Shown: positions 1 through 9,062, counted from the first letter of the stretch. The stretch: DNA of 64,000 nucleotides from Escherichia coli (GCF_013122565.1 NZ_CP053258.1); one strand, 5' to 3'. Notes: generated from the sequence alone by a model not told the origin. Numbers and translations: made by a program.

Positions 1-92
1 GGCAGACAAAAGACAAAGCTACCGCACATAACCACCCACCGGGGTTACGCCATTTATTCACTGTAATTTCCTTTAAACTCAAATAATAAAAA

Positions 93-117
93 CCGGCCTG
101 GCTATTTGCCGGGCCGG
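93..117 (-). terminator. Rho-independent terminator downstream of hcp
   Basis: Minus-strand hairpin CCGGCCCGGCAAATAGCCAGGCCGG followed by TTTTTATT, immediately 3' of the hcp stop. Confidence 0.6.
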
Positions 118-128
118 AAAAGTACTGC

Positions 129-620
129 TTAAATTTCTTTATTGGCCTTGAAGTCGTAGCCTGCGGTGATGGTGCCGCCGCTGCCACCTTGCTGGTTCTG
201 CACCACGTATTCCTGCTTCACGGTGCTGAAAGAGAGTTCGACCATTTCACGGGAGGCAATCTCCCCTTCCTTGCTGCCACTGGGAGATACAACAGCCACA
301 ATAAGGTCAGTGAAGGTATATTTGAGATATTCCAGCGGATTGCCGCCTGCTTTACGCATGGTCAGCACAGCTTTCGGAATGTGTTTGCCGGAGGCGCAGT
401 ATTTGAACAGGTTAGGACTGGCACGATCGATATAGTGGTCAAAGTCCAGGTTGGTCACGGAGACTTTACCGGATCCCAGGCCACTGCCCGCGTGCATGGT
501 GGACTCCTGGTGAATATTCCAGCGCCAGCTCAGCACCTCAATTTCATTTTTATGTTTGTCATCCATTGACTCGCCGTCAATGCCGTCAATTTTCAGAAAA
601 ATGTCATAAGCCATTTTCAT
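129..620 (-). CDS. hcp: T6SS tube protein Hcp (TssD)
   Basis: 163-aa ORF, ATG start; recognisable Hcp1-family sequence (MKMAYDIFLKIDGIDGES...); sits in a T6SS gene cluster. Confidence 0.93.
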   Translation of the reverse strand: MKMAYDIFLKIDGIDGESMDDKHKNEIEVLSWRWNIHQESTMHAGSGLGSGKVSVTNLDFDHYIDRASPNLFKYCASGKHIPKAVLTMRKAGGNPLEYLKYTFTDLIVAVVSPSGSKEGEIASREMVELSFSTVKQEYVVQNQQGGSGGTITAGYDFKANKEI

Positions 621-831
621 TTCCTTATTAAGAATTACTTAAAATAATCTCTGGTTTATCTTCGCATCTGAATTCAGGTAAACCATAGCCGTACAGAACC
701 TCCTCTCCTTAATTTAAGAAGAACAGAAGGCTCTATATTTTTCAGAACTTAAGTACCAGACAGAAAATCATTCACGAAATAAATGTTTATCAATTATATA
801 TAGTTAACTGATAACATATTCTACTGGACTT

Positions 832-1287
832 TCATTCACATATTAAAGATACGGGTTTCTCCCTTGGTGGTTCATCGAAATAAAGAGTCTTACAGGAATG
901 AGTATTTACAGGTACTGGCTGAGATAACCAGACCAGTCCGTAGCTATAAATACAGGAAAACCAGTATCTGTCGCTCTCTTTCGCTGTCGCGCCTTCTGTA
1001 TTCCATATCAACCATGTTTCCTGTTTTATTTTTTTCATCTCTGGCTTCTGATCGCCAAAATTTTCCGGTTTATCCTGTGTGACACTAATATGCGTTAACC
1101 ACTGACGAGGCTCCTGCCGTGGGGAAACTCTCCATTGCGGCTGGACAAATGATTTCAGAACCGCGGTGTAAGGCTCCGTTTCAACAAAAACAGGACAAGT
1201 AACTTCCCATGCCGACACATTTTGTGCATAAAACAAGGCAACACCAGAAAGAAGCAATACAGGAAAGCGCATCATCGTACCTTCCAT
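832..1287 (-). CDS. Exported cysteine-containing protein; candidate T6SS immunity protein
   Basis: 151 aa; N-terminal Sec signal peptide (MMRFPVLLLSGVALFYAQNVSA/WE); 4 Cys in mature part; start ATG overlaps upstream stop (TAATG); located between the putative effector and hcp. Confidence 0.6.
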   Translation of the reverse strand: MEGTMMRFPVLLLSGVALFYAQNVSAWEVTCPVFVETEPYTAVLKSFVQPQWRVSPRQEPRQWLTHISVTQDKPENFGDQKPEMKKIKQETWLIWNTEGATAKESDRYWFSCIYSYGLVWLSQPVPVNTHSCKTLYFDEPPREKPVSLICE

Positions 1288-1670
1288 TATTCAATTACAT
1301 AAAATGCTTCAGCATTACTGCTGGCGCTGGGATACGAACCGTCAGAGTTTGCTCCGCCTTTCGGTCTGAGTTGATGTTTTTCGATTCTGATCTGCGTTCT
1401 CCACTGATCCATAACCCAGATCCCTCGTTTATCCTGCCCCAGATAGAATGCAGCATGATTACCTGAACTCCTGCCAGGCCATCGCCCATTAAAAAAAGTG
1501 GCAATAGCGGTACCTTTTGGAATGGTGGTGTCCCCCCACACTTTCTTACCCGCACGCCATGTTGCTGTGGAGCCAAGATGTGCATACCTTTTAACCAGAG
1601 TTACACACTCACCATCCCCCACTAATGGCTGCCCCTGTAATAAATCCACTGATTCATAAACTCGCGACAT
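1287..1670 (-). CDS. Candidate T6SS amidase effector, papain-like (CHAP/NlpC-P60-type) fold
   Basis: 127 aa, no signal peptide; GECVTLVKRY motif (Cys22), GNHAAFYLG (His72), downstream Asp88/Gln89, spacing typical of CHAP/NlpC-P60 Cys-His-polar triads; SD GAGGG upstream; coupled to the downstream exported protein. Confidence 0.6.
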   Translation of the reverse strand: MSRVYESVDLLQGQPLVGDGECVTLVKRYAHLGSTATWRAGKKVWGDTTIPKGTAIATFFNGRWPGRSSGNHAAFYLGQDKRGIWVMDQWRTQIRIEKHQLRPKGGANSDGSYPSASSNAEAFYVIE

Positions 1671-1709
1671 GTTATTGCCCTCTGATGTTACGCAGAATCC
1701 TTAGATGTA

Positions 1710-3224
1710 TCAGGCATTACCCTGTTTTACCGACGGCAGTTTTGTGACCAGACGCAGTGATCCTGTTAACCCTTCAAGCTGAAAATGCGGGCGCAGGAAG
1801 AATTTGGCATCGTAATAACCCGGATTACCTTCCACCTCTTCCACCACCACTTCGGCTGCTGCTAGTGGGCGACGAGCTTTGGTTTCCTGTGAGGAGTTCA
1901 CCGGATCGGCATCGACGTAGTTCATGATCCACTCATTGAGCCAGCGCTGCATATCTTCACGCTCTTTGAACGAGCCGATCTTGTCGCGCACGATACATTT
2001 GAGGAAGTGCGCAAACCGTGAACAGGCGAAAAGATATGGCAAACGAGCTGAGAGATTAGCGTTGGCCGTAGCGTCCGGATCGTAATATTCCTGCGGTTTT
2101 TGCAGCGACTGTGCGCCAATAAAGGCGGCATAATCGGAGTTTTTGCGGTGGATCAGCGGGATAAAACCGTTTTTGGCCAGTTCAGCTTCACGGCGATCAG
2201 AGATGGCAATTTCCGTCGGGCATTTCATATCCACGCCGCCGTCATCGGTCGGGAAGGTATGACAGGGTAGATTTTCCACCGCGCCACCAGATTCAACACC
2301 ACGGATCAACGTACACCAACCGTAATGTTTGAAAGAACGGTTGATATTTACACCCATTGCATAGGCGGCATTGCTCCAGACATATTTGCTGTGATCTGCG
2401 CCATCCGCATCTTCTTCAAAATCAAACTCATCTACAGGGTTTGTTTTCGCACCATAAGGCAAACGGGAGAGGAAACGTGGCATCGTCAGGCCAATGTAGC
2501 GAGAATCCTCACTTTTCCGCAGCGAGTTCCACGGTGCGTATTCGAGGTTTTGGGTCACAATTTTGGTCAAATCACGCGGGTTAGCCAGTTCCTGCCAGGA
2601 GTCCATCTGCAACACTGACGGAGAGGCCCCGGCAATAAACGGCGCATGGGCTGAGGCTGCTACTTTGGCAATGGAACCGAGCAGATCCACATCCGGTGGC
2701 GTGTGATCAAAATAATAATCCGCAATAATACAACCGTAAGGTTCTCCACCTAACTGTCCATATTCAGCTTCATACAGCTTTTTGAACATGGGGCTTTGAT
2801 CCCAGGCTATCCCTTTGTAACGTTTCATATTTTTCCGCAATTCATCCTTCGAAAGGTTCATAAAGCGGATTTTTAATTTTTCATCGGTTTCAGTGTTGTA
2901 AACCAAATGTTCCATCCCACGCCAGGAGGACTCCAGTTTCTGAAATTCCGGATGACTCAGGATGAGTTTGATCTGCTCGGTTAATTTGAAATCAATCTGC
3001 TCAATAATCGCAGCAATACTTTTATAAGCGTCGTCACTGACGGTGACGGTATTTGTCAGAGCCTGTTGGGCCAGCGTCTGAACTGCTGCCTCAACAGCCT
3101 TTGCTGCCTGAGGTGTCTTGGGACGGAAGGCTTTATCCAGGAGCGAATCAAATTCAGTGTCCTGATAGGCAGTGGTTTGCGCAGCAGAGAGATCGCCAGT
3201 CGCCAGAAGAGTATCGTTTACCAT
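1710..3224 (-). CDS. tssC: T6SS contractile sheath large subunit TssC (VipB/ImpC)
   Basis: 504-aa ORF with recognisable TssC sequence; immediately downstream of tssB. Confidence 0.95.
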   Translation of the reverse strand: MVNDTLLATGDLSAAQTTAYQDTEFDSLLDKAFRPKTPQAAKAVEAAVQTLAQQALTNTVTVSDDAYKSIAAIIEQIDFKLTEQIKLILSHPEFQKLESSWRGMEHLVYNTETDEKLKIRFMNLSKDELRKNMKRYKGIAWDQSPMFKKLYEAEYGQLGGEPYGCIIADYYFDHTPPDVDLLGSIAKVAASAHAPFIAGASPSVLQMDSWQELANPRDLTKIVTQNLEYAPWNSLRKSEDSRYIGLTMPRFLSRLPYGAKTNPVDEFDFEEDADGADHSKYVWSNAAYAMGVNINRSFKHYGWCTLIRGVESGGAVENLPCHTFPTDDGGVDMKCPTEIAISDRREAELAKNGFIPLIHRKNSDYAAFIGAQSLQKPQEYYDPDATANANLSARLPYLFACSRFAHFLKCIVRDKIGSFKEREDMQRWLNEWIMNYVDADPVNSSQETKARRPLAAAEVVVEEVEGNPGYYDAKFFLRPHFQLEGLTGSLRLVTKLPSVKQGNA

Positions 3225-3248
3225 GAAAGTTCCTTAATAAAATCGCAG

Positions 3249-3794
3249 TTAGTCTGCTGTTCCCGTTTCACCTGATAAGACACTTTCCTGTTGAGCGACA
3301 GGTTTTGGCGCACTGGCCAGAGCTTTCAGTAACGTAGGGTCTTGTAATAGTTTGTTGATAAGATTTTCTGCTCCCGCTTTACCATCCATATACGTTTGTA
3401 GGTTGGCAAGCTGAGTACGCGCTTCCAGCAGCTGGTTCAGGGCATCCACCTTACGGGCAATCTGCGCAGGCGAAAAATCGTCCATATTCTCCAGCGTGAT
3501 ATCGACCATTAACTGCCCTTCGCCCGTCAGCGTATTGGGGACAGCAAACGCCACGCGCGGCGCAATGGCTTTCATCCGCTCGTTGAAGTTATCGATATCA
3601 ATATCAAGGAATTTACGATCGGTGACCGGTGGCAGCTCTTCGCGAGGTTTACCGGCCAGATCGGCCAGCACCGCCATGACAAACGGCAGTTCGATTTTTT
3701 TCTCGGAGCCGTAAATCTCAACGTCATACTCAATCTGCACGCGGGGCGCACGGTTGCGGGCAATAAACTTCTGCGCGCTATTGTTGATAGCCAT
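3249..3794 (-). CDS. tssB: T6SS contractile sheath small subunit TssB (VipA/ImpB)
   Basis: 181-aa ORF with recognisable TssB sequence (…RVQIEYDVEIYGSEKKIELPFVMAVLADL…). Confidence 0.95.
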   Translation of the reverse strand: MAINNSAQKFIARNRAPRVQIEYDVEIYGSEKKIELPFVMAVLADLAGKPREELPPVTDRKFLDIDIDNFNERMKAIAPRVAFAVPNTLTGEGQLMVDITLENMDDFSPAQIARKVDALNQLLEARTQLANLQTYMDGKAGAENLINKLLQDPTLLKALASAPKPVAQQESVLSGETGTAD

Positions 3795-3855
3795 AATCCT
3801 TCATTTCCTTATCAGTCAGCCGACGACCACCTGGGGAGTGGCCCGACGGTACAGT

Positions 3856-4146
3856 TTAAAAATCATACGCAGAGAGTATTTTTATAATCTCTTTGTTTTC
3901 TTTGTACTTTTCCCGCAGCACAGGGAGTGATTTCTTCGCTGGAGGACACCAGGTATCAACCCCCTTTTCGATGTCTCTTTTATCCTTCTCTGGTAAAGAA
4001 CTGTCCCATTCACCAGCAAGATGCTGGCACATTTCCGCATTACTCAGAAAATGCTGCACATCCTGTGGTAAAGACGGTTCCCCCTGAGCACAGAAAGCGA
4101 ACATCATTAACAGGAATGTCCACAACACCGGATAACGAAATGTCAT
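3856..4146 (-). CDS. Small exported protein of unknown function (T6SS-embedded)
   Basis: 96 aa; hydrophobic signal peptide (MTFRYPVLWTFLLMMFAFCAQG/EP); charged Lys/Glu-rich mature region with 2 Cys; sits between clpV and tssB. Confidence 0.55.
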   Translation of the reverse strand: MTFRYPVLWTFLLMMFAFCAQGEPSLPQDVQHFLSNAEMCQHLAGEWDSSLPEKDKRDIEKGVDTWCPPAKKSLPVLREKYKENKEIIKILSAYDF

Positions 4147-4148
4147 AC

Positions 4149-4352
4149 TTAATGTCCATCAATTGACCAGTGCATGAGATATGCTCTAGCGGGAGGGCGA
4201 TATGTTGCAGAGATACTGACCCTTGCACGCGCATTACCAAGCGCGCGCAAAAAATTATCTACCGATACACGAAAAGTCCCCTGCAAATCATTGGTGGAAG
4301 AACTTCCAGGAAAGCGACTGACCCACAGCGCGCCACTTAATTCTTTTTCCAT
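4149..4352 (-). CDS. Hypothetical small protein (67 aa), uncertain
   Basis: ORF fills the gap between clpV and the 96-aa ORF; GGAG about 9 nt upstream of ATG; stop 2 nt before the next ATG; contains rare Arg codons, no recognisable motif. Confidence 0.25.
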   Translation of the reverse strand: MEKELSGALWVSRFPGSSSTNDLQGTFRVSVDNFLRALGNARARVSISATYRPPARAYLMHWSIDGH

Positions 4353-4364
4353 AAGGATGCTCCA

Positions 4365-6998
4365 TTAATCCGTTTCAAAAATAATCTGTTCATCCTCATC
4401 AACACGAATGCGGATTTGCGTGATGGCCGTTTTCTCTGTCATCGCCTGCAACCAGTAACGGGACAGTTGTGGGAGGATATGTTGTTCGATATAGCCGATG
4501 AGCAAACGAGCGCCGGTTTCGTGCATCGGGCAGCGCGACACAATATGCGTAATCAATTCATCGCCATACACCAGTGAAACGCCATGCTGCTCCGCCATCC
4601 GATCCATCAATCTGCCAAGATGCAGGCGGGCAATAACACCACGCGCGGTCTCATCCAGCGGTAAATAAGGAATAACCGTCACACGCCCCAGGAAAGCCGC
4701 CGGGAAGTGTTTACGTAACTCCGGCATTAACGCCTCTTTTAATCCTGCCGAATCAGGCATCAGCGCCGGATCCTCACAGAGCTGGCTGATAAGTTCCGCT
4801 CCCGCGTTAGTAGTCAACAACAGCGTGGTATTTTTGAAATCGATGTGGACACCTTCGCCATCTTCCATCGCCCCCTTATCAAACACCTGGAAGAACAGCT
4901 CGTGGACGTCGTGATGGGCTTTTTCAATTTCATCCAGCAATACCACGCTCCAGGGATGGCGGCGTACCGCTTCTGTCAACACGCCGCCTTCGCCATAACC
5001 CACGTAGCCGGGCGGTGCGCCTTTCAGCGTGGAAACGGTGTGGGACTCCTGAAACTCGCTCATGTTGATGGTGATCAGGTTCTGCTCACCGCCATAGATA
5101 GCCTCTGCCAGCGCCAGAGCGGTCTCAGTCTTGCCAACACCGGACGGCCCGGCCAGCAAAAAGACGCCCACAGGCTTACGCGGGTCACCTAAACCCGCCC
5201 GCGCGGTCTGGATACGCTCGCCAATCTGCGCCAGCGCGTCCCTCTGCCCGGTAACACGCTGCGCCAGACGGGCGGGCAGTTCCAGGATCTGACTGGCCTC
5301 ATCTTTCACCATGCGTCCGGCGGGAATACCGGTCCAGTCGGAGACAATCTCTGCCACCACGGTTGCACTGACTTCCGGGTACACGACGGGGTTTTCACCC
5401 TGCCAACCTCTTAATGCCGTTTCTGCCTGTTGTAGAGTGATTTCGTCGCGCTCGCCGGGCTCTGCGCCGCGTTGCTCGTGTAAACTGCGAACCAACTCCA
5501 GTTCCTGCTGCCACCGCGCTTCGGTGTCAGAAAGATCGGCATTCAGCGATATAATCCGCGCCGCCAGTACATCGCCCCGCTCCGAGCGGATACCCATTTT
5601 TTCCTGCTTTAATAACAACTCCTGCTCCAGTTCGGCAGCGTTGAGCTGCTGGCGCAGATACTGGACTCTCGCAGGCGGGGTATGCAGCGACAGCGCTACA
5701 CGGGCCGCCGCCGTATCCAGCAGGCTGATGGCCTTATCCGGTAGTTGCCGGGACGGAATGTACCGGTGAGAAAGCTGTACCGCGGCGCGCACGGCCTCAT
5801 CAAGGATCAGGACGTCATGGTGTTTTTCAAGCGTGGTGACTAACCCGCGTACCATCTCAACAGCCGCAACCTCTTCTGGCTCAGCAACCTGCAATACCTG
5901 AAAACGCCGGGTCAGCGCCGGATCCTTTTCGATATGGCGTTTGTACTCGCTCCAGGTAGTTGCGCCGATGGTGCGCAGGGTTCCACGCGCCAGCGCCGGT
6001 TTCAGCAGGTTGGCAGCATCCCCCGTACCGGATGTACCACCAGCGCCCACCAGCGTGTGAACTTCATCAACAAAAAGGATCACCGGCTGCGGCGAGCGCG
6101 CGGCCTCTTCCAACAACGCTTTCAGGCGGGATTCAAATTCACCCTTCATGGACGCCCCTGCCAGCAGCGCTCCAACATCCAGTGACAGCAACCGCACGTT
6201 ACGCAGTGAAGGCGGTACTTCCCCCCCGGCAATCGCCAGCGCGAATCCTTCCACCACTGCCGTTTTCCCGACTCCCGCCTCGCCGGTCAGCAGCGGGTTG
6301 TTCTGGCGACGGCGCAGCAGAATATCCGTCATAGTACGGATCTCGTGTTCGCGACCGGTGACCGGATCGATATTGCCTTCACGGGCCAGCGCAGTCATGT
6401 CCTGGCAGTATTTCGCCAGCGCGGATTTGCTTCCGGTTGATTCGCCGGCAAAGACCTGGCTAGCTTCCCCCGGTACTGCAGAATTTAAATCCGAGCCGTC
6501 ATAAGGCATTTCTGTTAATTCAGGAGATGAAGTGATTAAAGACGGAAGAATATCTAATAGTTCATCTACCGGTAGCTCTGCCAATGGCGCACAAATATTT
6601 TTTAACACCCGACACAATTCTGGCGTGGTTAACCAGGCAAGTAATAACCATCCACTACGAATTTTTTGATCGCCAAAGCGGATACTTGCCAACATCCAGG
6701 CTTTTTCAACAGAAAGATCGATATGATGGGAAAAATCGTTAATTACACTCGCTCCGGCAGGCAATATATTCAATTGCTGAATTAACGCCTTCTCAACATC
6801 AGCAGATGTTATTTGATAATGTCGAAGCACATTGTGAATGTCATTCTCTGGTTGTTGTATTAACTGATGCAACCAATGTGTCAGTTCGACATAAGGATTA
6901 GCGCGTAATTTACAGAACGTTGTCGCAGATTCCAAAGATCTAAACAAAGATTTGGTTAGCTTTCCATATAGTGCACTGCGCGAAACAGGAGTGTCCAT
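4365..6998 (-). CDS. clpV: T6SS AAA+ ATPase ClpV (TssH)
   Basis: 877 aa; two Walker A motifs (GEAGVGKT, GPSGVGKT); ClpB-like architecture without a long middle domain; T6SS context. Confidence 0.95.
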   Translation of the reverse strand: MDTPVSRSALYGKLTKSLFRSLESATTFCKLRANPYVELTHWLHQLIQQPENDIHNVLRHYQITSADVEKALIQQLNILPAGASVINDFSHHIDLSVEKAWMLASIRFGDQKIRSGWLLLAWLTTPELCRVLKNICAPLAELPVDELLDILPSLITSSPELTEMPYDGSDLNSAVPGEASQVFAGESTGSKSALAKYCQDMTALAREGNIDPVTGREHEIRTMTDILLRRRQNNPLLTGEAGVGKTAVVEGFALAIAGGEVPPSLRNVRLLSLDVGALLAGASMKGEFESRLKALLEEAARSPQPVILFVDEVHTLVGAGGTSGTGDAANLLKPALARGTLRTIGATTWSEYKRHIEKDPALTRRFQVLQVAEPEEVAAVEMVRGLVTTLEKHHDVLILDEAVRAAVQLSHRYIPSRQLPDKAISLLDTAAARVALSLHTPPARVQYLRQQLNAAELEQELLLKQEKMGIRSERGDVLAARIISLNADLSDTEARWQQELELVRSLHEQRGAEPGERDEITLQQAETALRGWQGENPVVYPEVSATVVAEIVSDWTGIPAGRMVKDEASQILELPARLAQRVTGQRDALAQIGERIQTARAGLGDPRKPVGVFLLAGPSGVGKTETALALAEAIYGGEQNLITINMSEFQESHTVSTLKGAPPGYVGYGEGGVLTEAVRRHPWSVVLLDEIEKAHHDVHELFFQVFDKGAMEDGEGVHIDFKNTTLLLTTNAGAELISQLCEDPALMPDSAGLKEALMPELRKHFPAAFLGRVTVIPYLPLDETARGVIARLHLGRLMDRMAEQHGVSLVYGDELITHIVSRCPMHETGARLLIGYIEQHILPQLSRYWLQAMTEKTAITQIRIRVDEDEQIIFETD

Positions 6999-7330
6999 CT
7001 GTTACACCTGATGATGTAAGAACATATAAATGATACATAAACATAACTGTACCGATTAAAACTTCTAATTAATAGAATTATCAAAAAGGCAGAATGAAAC
7101 AATGATGCATATCACAGAACCCAATGTAATATAGCAGGTAGTATCGTTTTTATGGTGATATTCAATAGCGTAAGCCAATTTCATACAAGCCATGAATATA
7201 TTAAATTGAAAATCGCCAATATATATTTCTGTAAAAACTTATATTGATAAAGCAAATTGATCAGCATTGCTTATCTAAAAATTTAGAAAACTTATTCTTT
7301 TGAAAGAAACACTCTACACAGTGATACACA
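6999..7330. promoter_or_regulatory. AT-rich divergent control region between clpV operon and the plus-strand T6SS operon
   Basis: 332 bp noncoding, visibly AT-rich relative to the flanking genes; contains a GATC-centred palindrome at 7246-7275. Confidence 0.5.
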
Positions 7331-8245
7331 ATGAAACAAAATATTACGTGGGGACTCCAAAAAAAACAGGCGCACGGGATCGCCGATAACACAATTTACG
7401 CGACTGAAGGAACACAAATTATCTTTACCGTTACCTCTCCCTGGATTCCTGTTTTTGAGGTGAATGATGATGTAAAGATTGCCCTCAGTCTGACCCGCCA
7501 CGAAGAAGCATGGTGGATTATTAATCAGTCTACCGAATATTGCTGTACGGTAAACGACCAGATTGTGGAACCTCATCACCGTATGCGTCTGAATGAAGGC
7601 GATCAGATAGAATGGGGGTTATCTTCATGGTGCCTTGTGCATGGCACCCCATCATCTCCGGACATGAGCGCAGTAAAAACAATATCGCAGACTGCCATCA
7701 CGTCGGAAACAATAACCGAATATCTGGATCTGGATTGGTTCAGGCAGCAGCATCTGACATCACAAAATCCATTCGATATCATTCCTGTTCATGGAGCCTC
7801 CTCCACCGGAGAAGATGCGGAAAAAGAAAATGCCCTGACCCGACTTTATCAGGAATACCGCGAGGCGTTGTTATCTCCCGAAGAAGATCTTCATCGCCAT
7901 GCTGATCCTTTTCCCTTTAACGAAGAGCCCTCCTCGCAGGATCTGGATTCATTGCGTGACCTGGTCACCGAAGCCGATACATTGCAGGATATGGTCACTG
8001 GTGGGTTAAGCATTGACGCTATTCTCAATGTACTGGATGCCACCGGCGAAGATGAAACTATCTGGCCTGTCGAAAAGACTCCCCCTGATATCCTGCATTT
8101 ACTTTCCCCGGAATACGCCCCGGAAACAGCGCATAACACCGTACTGCCAGATCTGACACGCAAAGAGCACCGCATTATCGGCATTGACAGCCATTACCGG
8201 ATAAACCCGGCACAACACGGAGATATCTCTCATGACAAACAATAA
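7331..8245 (+). CDS. T6SS-associated protein of unknown function; possible degenerate FHA-like N-terminal domain
   Basis: 304 aa, ATG start; N-terminal region has FHA-reminiscent elements (SLTRHEEAWWIINQS…RLNEGDQIEWG); C-terminal half acidic/Pro-rich and low complexity; first gene of the operon containing tagJ-tssEFG-tssA. Confidence 0.65.
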   Translation: MKQNITWGLQKKQAHGIADNTIYATEGTQIIFTVTSPWIPVFEVNDDVKIALSLTRHEEAWWIINQSTEYCCTVNDQIVEPHHRMRLNEGDQIEWGLSSWCLVHGTPSSPDMSAVKTISQTAITSETITEYLDLDWFRQQHLTSQNPFDIIPVHGASSTGEDAEKENALTRLYQEYREALLSPEEDLHRHADPFPFNEEPSSQDLDSLRDLVTEADTLQDMVTGGLSIDAILNVLDATGEDETIWPVEKTPPDILHLLSPEYAPETAHNTVLPDLTRKEHRIIGIDSHYRINPAQHGDISHDKQ

Positions 8246-9062
8246 CGTGCTACCGGCTACCCTGTCGGCGCTGCTGCGGGATTATTCCGTGGCGGAGGGC
8301 ATTCAGATGGCAGAGCAGCAGGTCAGGATGCACCCAGCGCAGGCCTCCCGCCGCCACAGCCTGTTTCAGTTACTGTGCGTGGCAGGCGACTGGTCGCGGG
8401 CGCTGCAACAGATCCAGCTGTGCGACCGGATGGACGCAAATTATACCCGCGAAGCGCAGGTATTTGGCGAGCTGATCCGCTGTGAGATATACCGCCACGC
8501 CTGCTTTCAGGGGGAACAGCGGCCCGGTTTTATTCTCCCGCCGCCCGCCTGGATGGAGGATCTACTGGCTGCTCTCGCCTGTAACGCCCGTAGTGAAGCG
8601 CAGGAAGCTGATGTCCACCGCAGCCGCGCGCTTGAGGCCATAACAGACACTTCTGGGCAGTGGAATGGCGGCGCGTTTGACTGGATTAGCGACAGCGACT
8701 CCCGTACCGGTCCGGTACTCGAACTGATCGCAGGCGGGGTGTATATCTGGCTGCCATTCTCACAAATTCGCTCACTGAAATCGCCGCAGCCTGCGCATCT
8801 GACCGATTTGCTCTGGAAACCCGTCAACGTCACCCTGCACAACGGTGACACGCACAGTGCCTGGCTGTTTCCCCGCTACAGCGGCTCTGAAAAGGCCGCC
8901 GACTCCCTGCGTCTGTGCCGGGAAACGGTCTGGCAGGACGGGCCGGGAGAGACGCTGGTACAGGCGCTGGGTCAGAGGGTGTGGCTCACCAGCCAGGGCG
9001 ATATCAGCCTGCTGGATTTGTCCACCTGTACCTTTAATACCTCCGAAGGAAGCGACGCGTGA
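8232..9062 (+). CDS. tagJ: T6SS accessory protein TagJ (ImpE/SciE family)
   Basis: 276 aa; N-terminal region with the ImpE-family motif LFQLLCVAGDWSRALQQ. Confidence 0.85.
   Translation: MTNNNVLPATLSALLRDYSVAEGIQMAEQQVRMHPAQASRRHSLFQLLCVAGDWSRALQQIQLCDRMDANYTREAQVFGELIRCEIYRHACFQGEQRPGFILPPPAWMEDLLAALACNARSEAQEADVHRSRALEAITDTSGQWNGGAFDWISDSDSRTGPVLELIAGGVYIWLPFSQIRSLKSPQPAHLTDLLWKPVNVTLHNGDTHSAWLFPRYSGSEKAADSLRLCRETVWQDGPGETLVQALGQRVWLTSQGDISLLDLSTCTFNTSEGSDA

Noticed and set aside
4040-4240. 66-aa minus-strand ORF overlapping both small ORFs between clpV and tssB
   Set aside because: Alternative frame overlapping the signal-peptide ORF, which has the more convincing protein features
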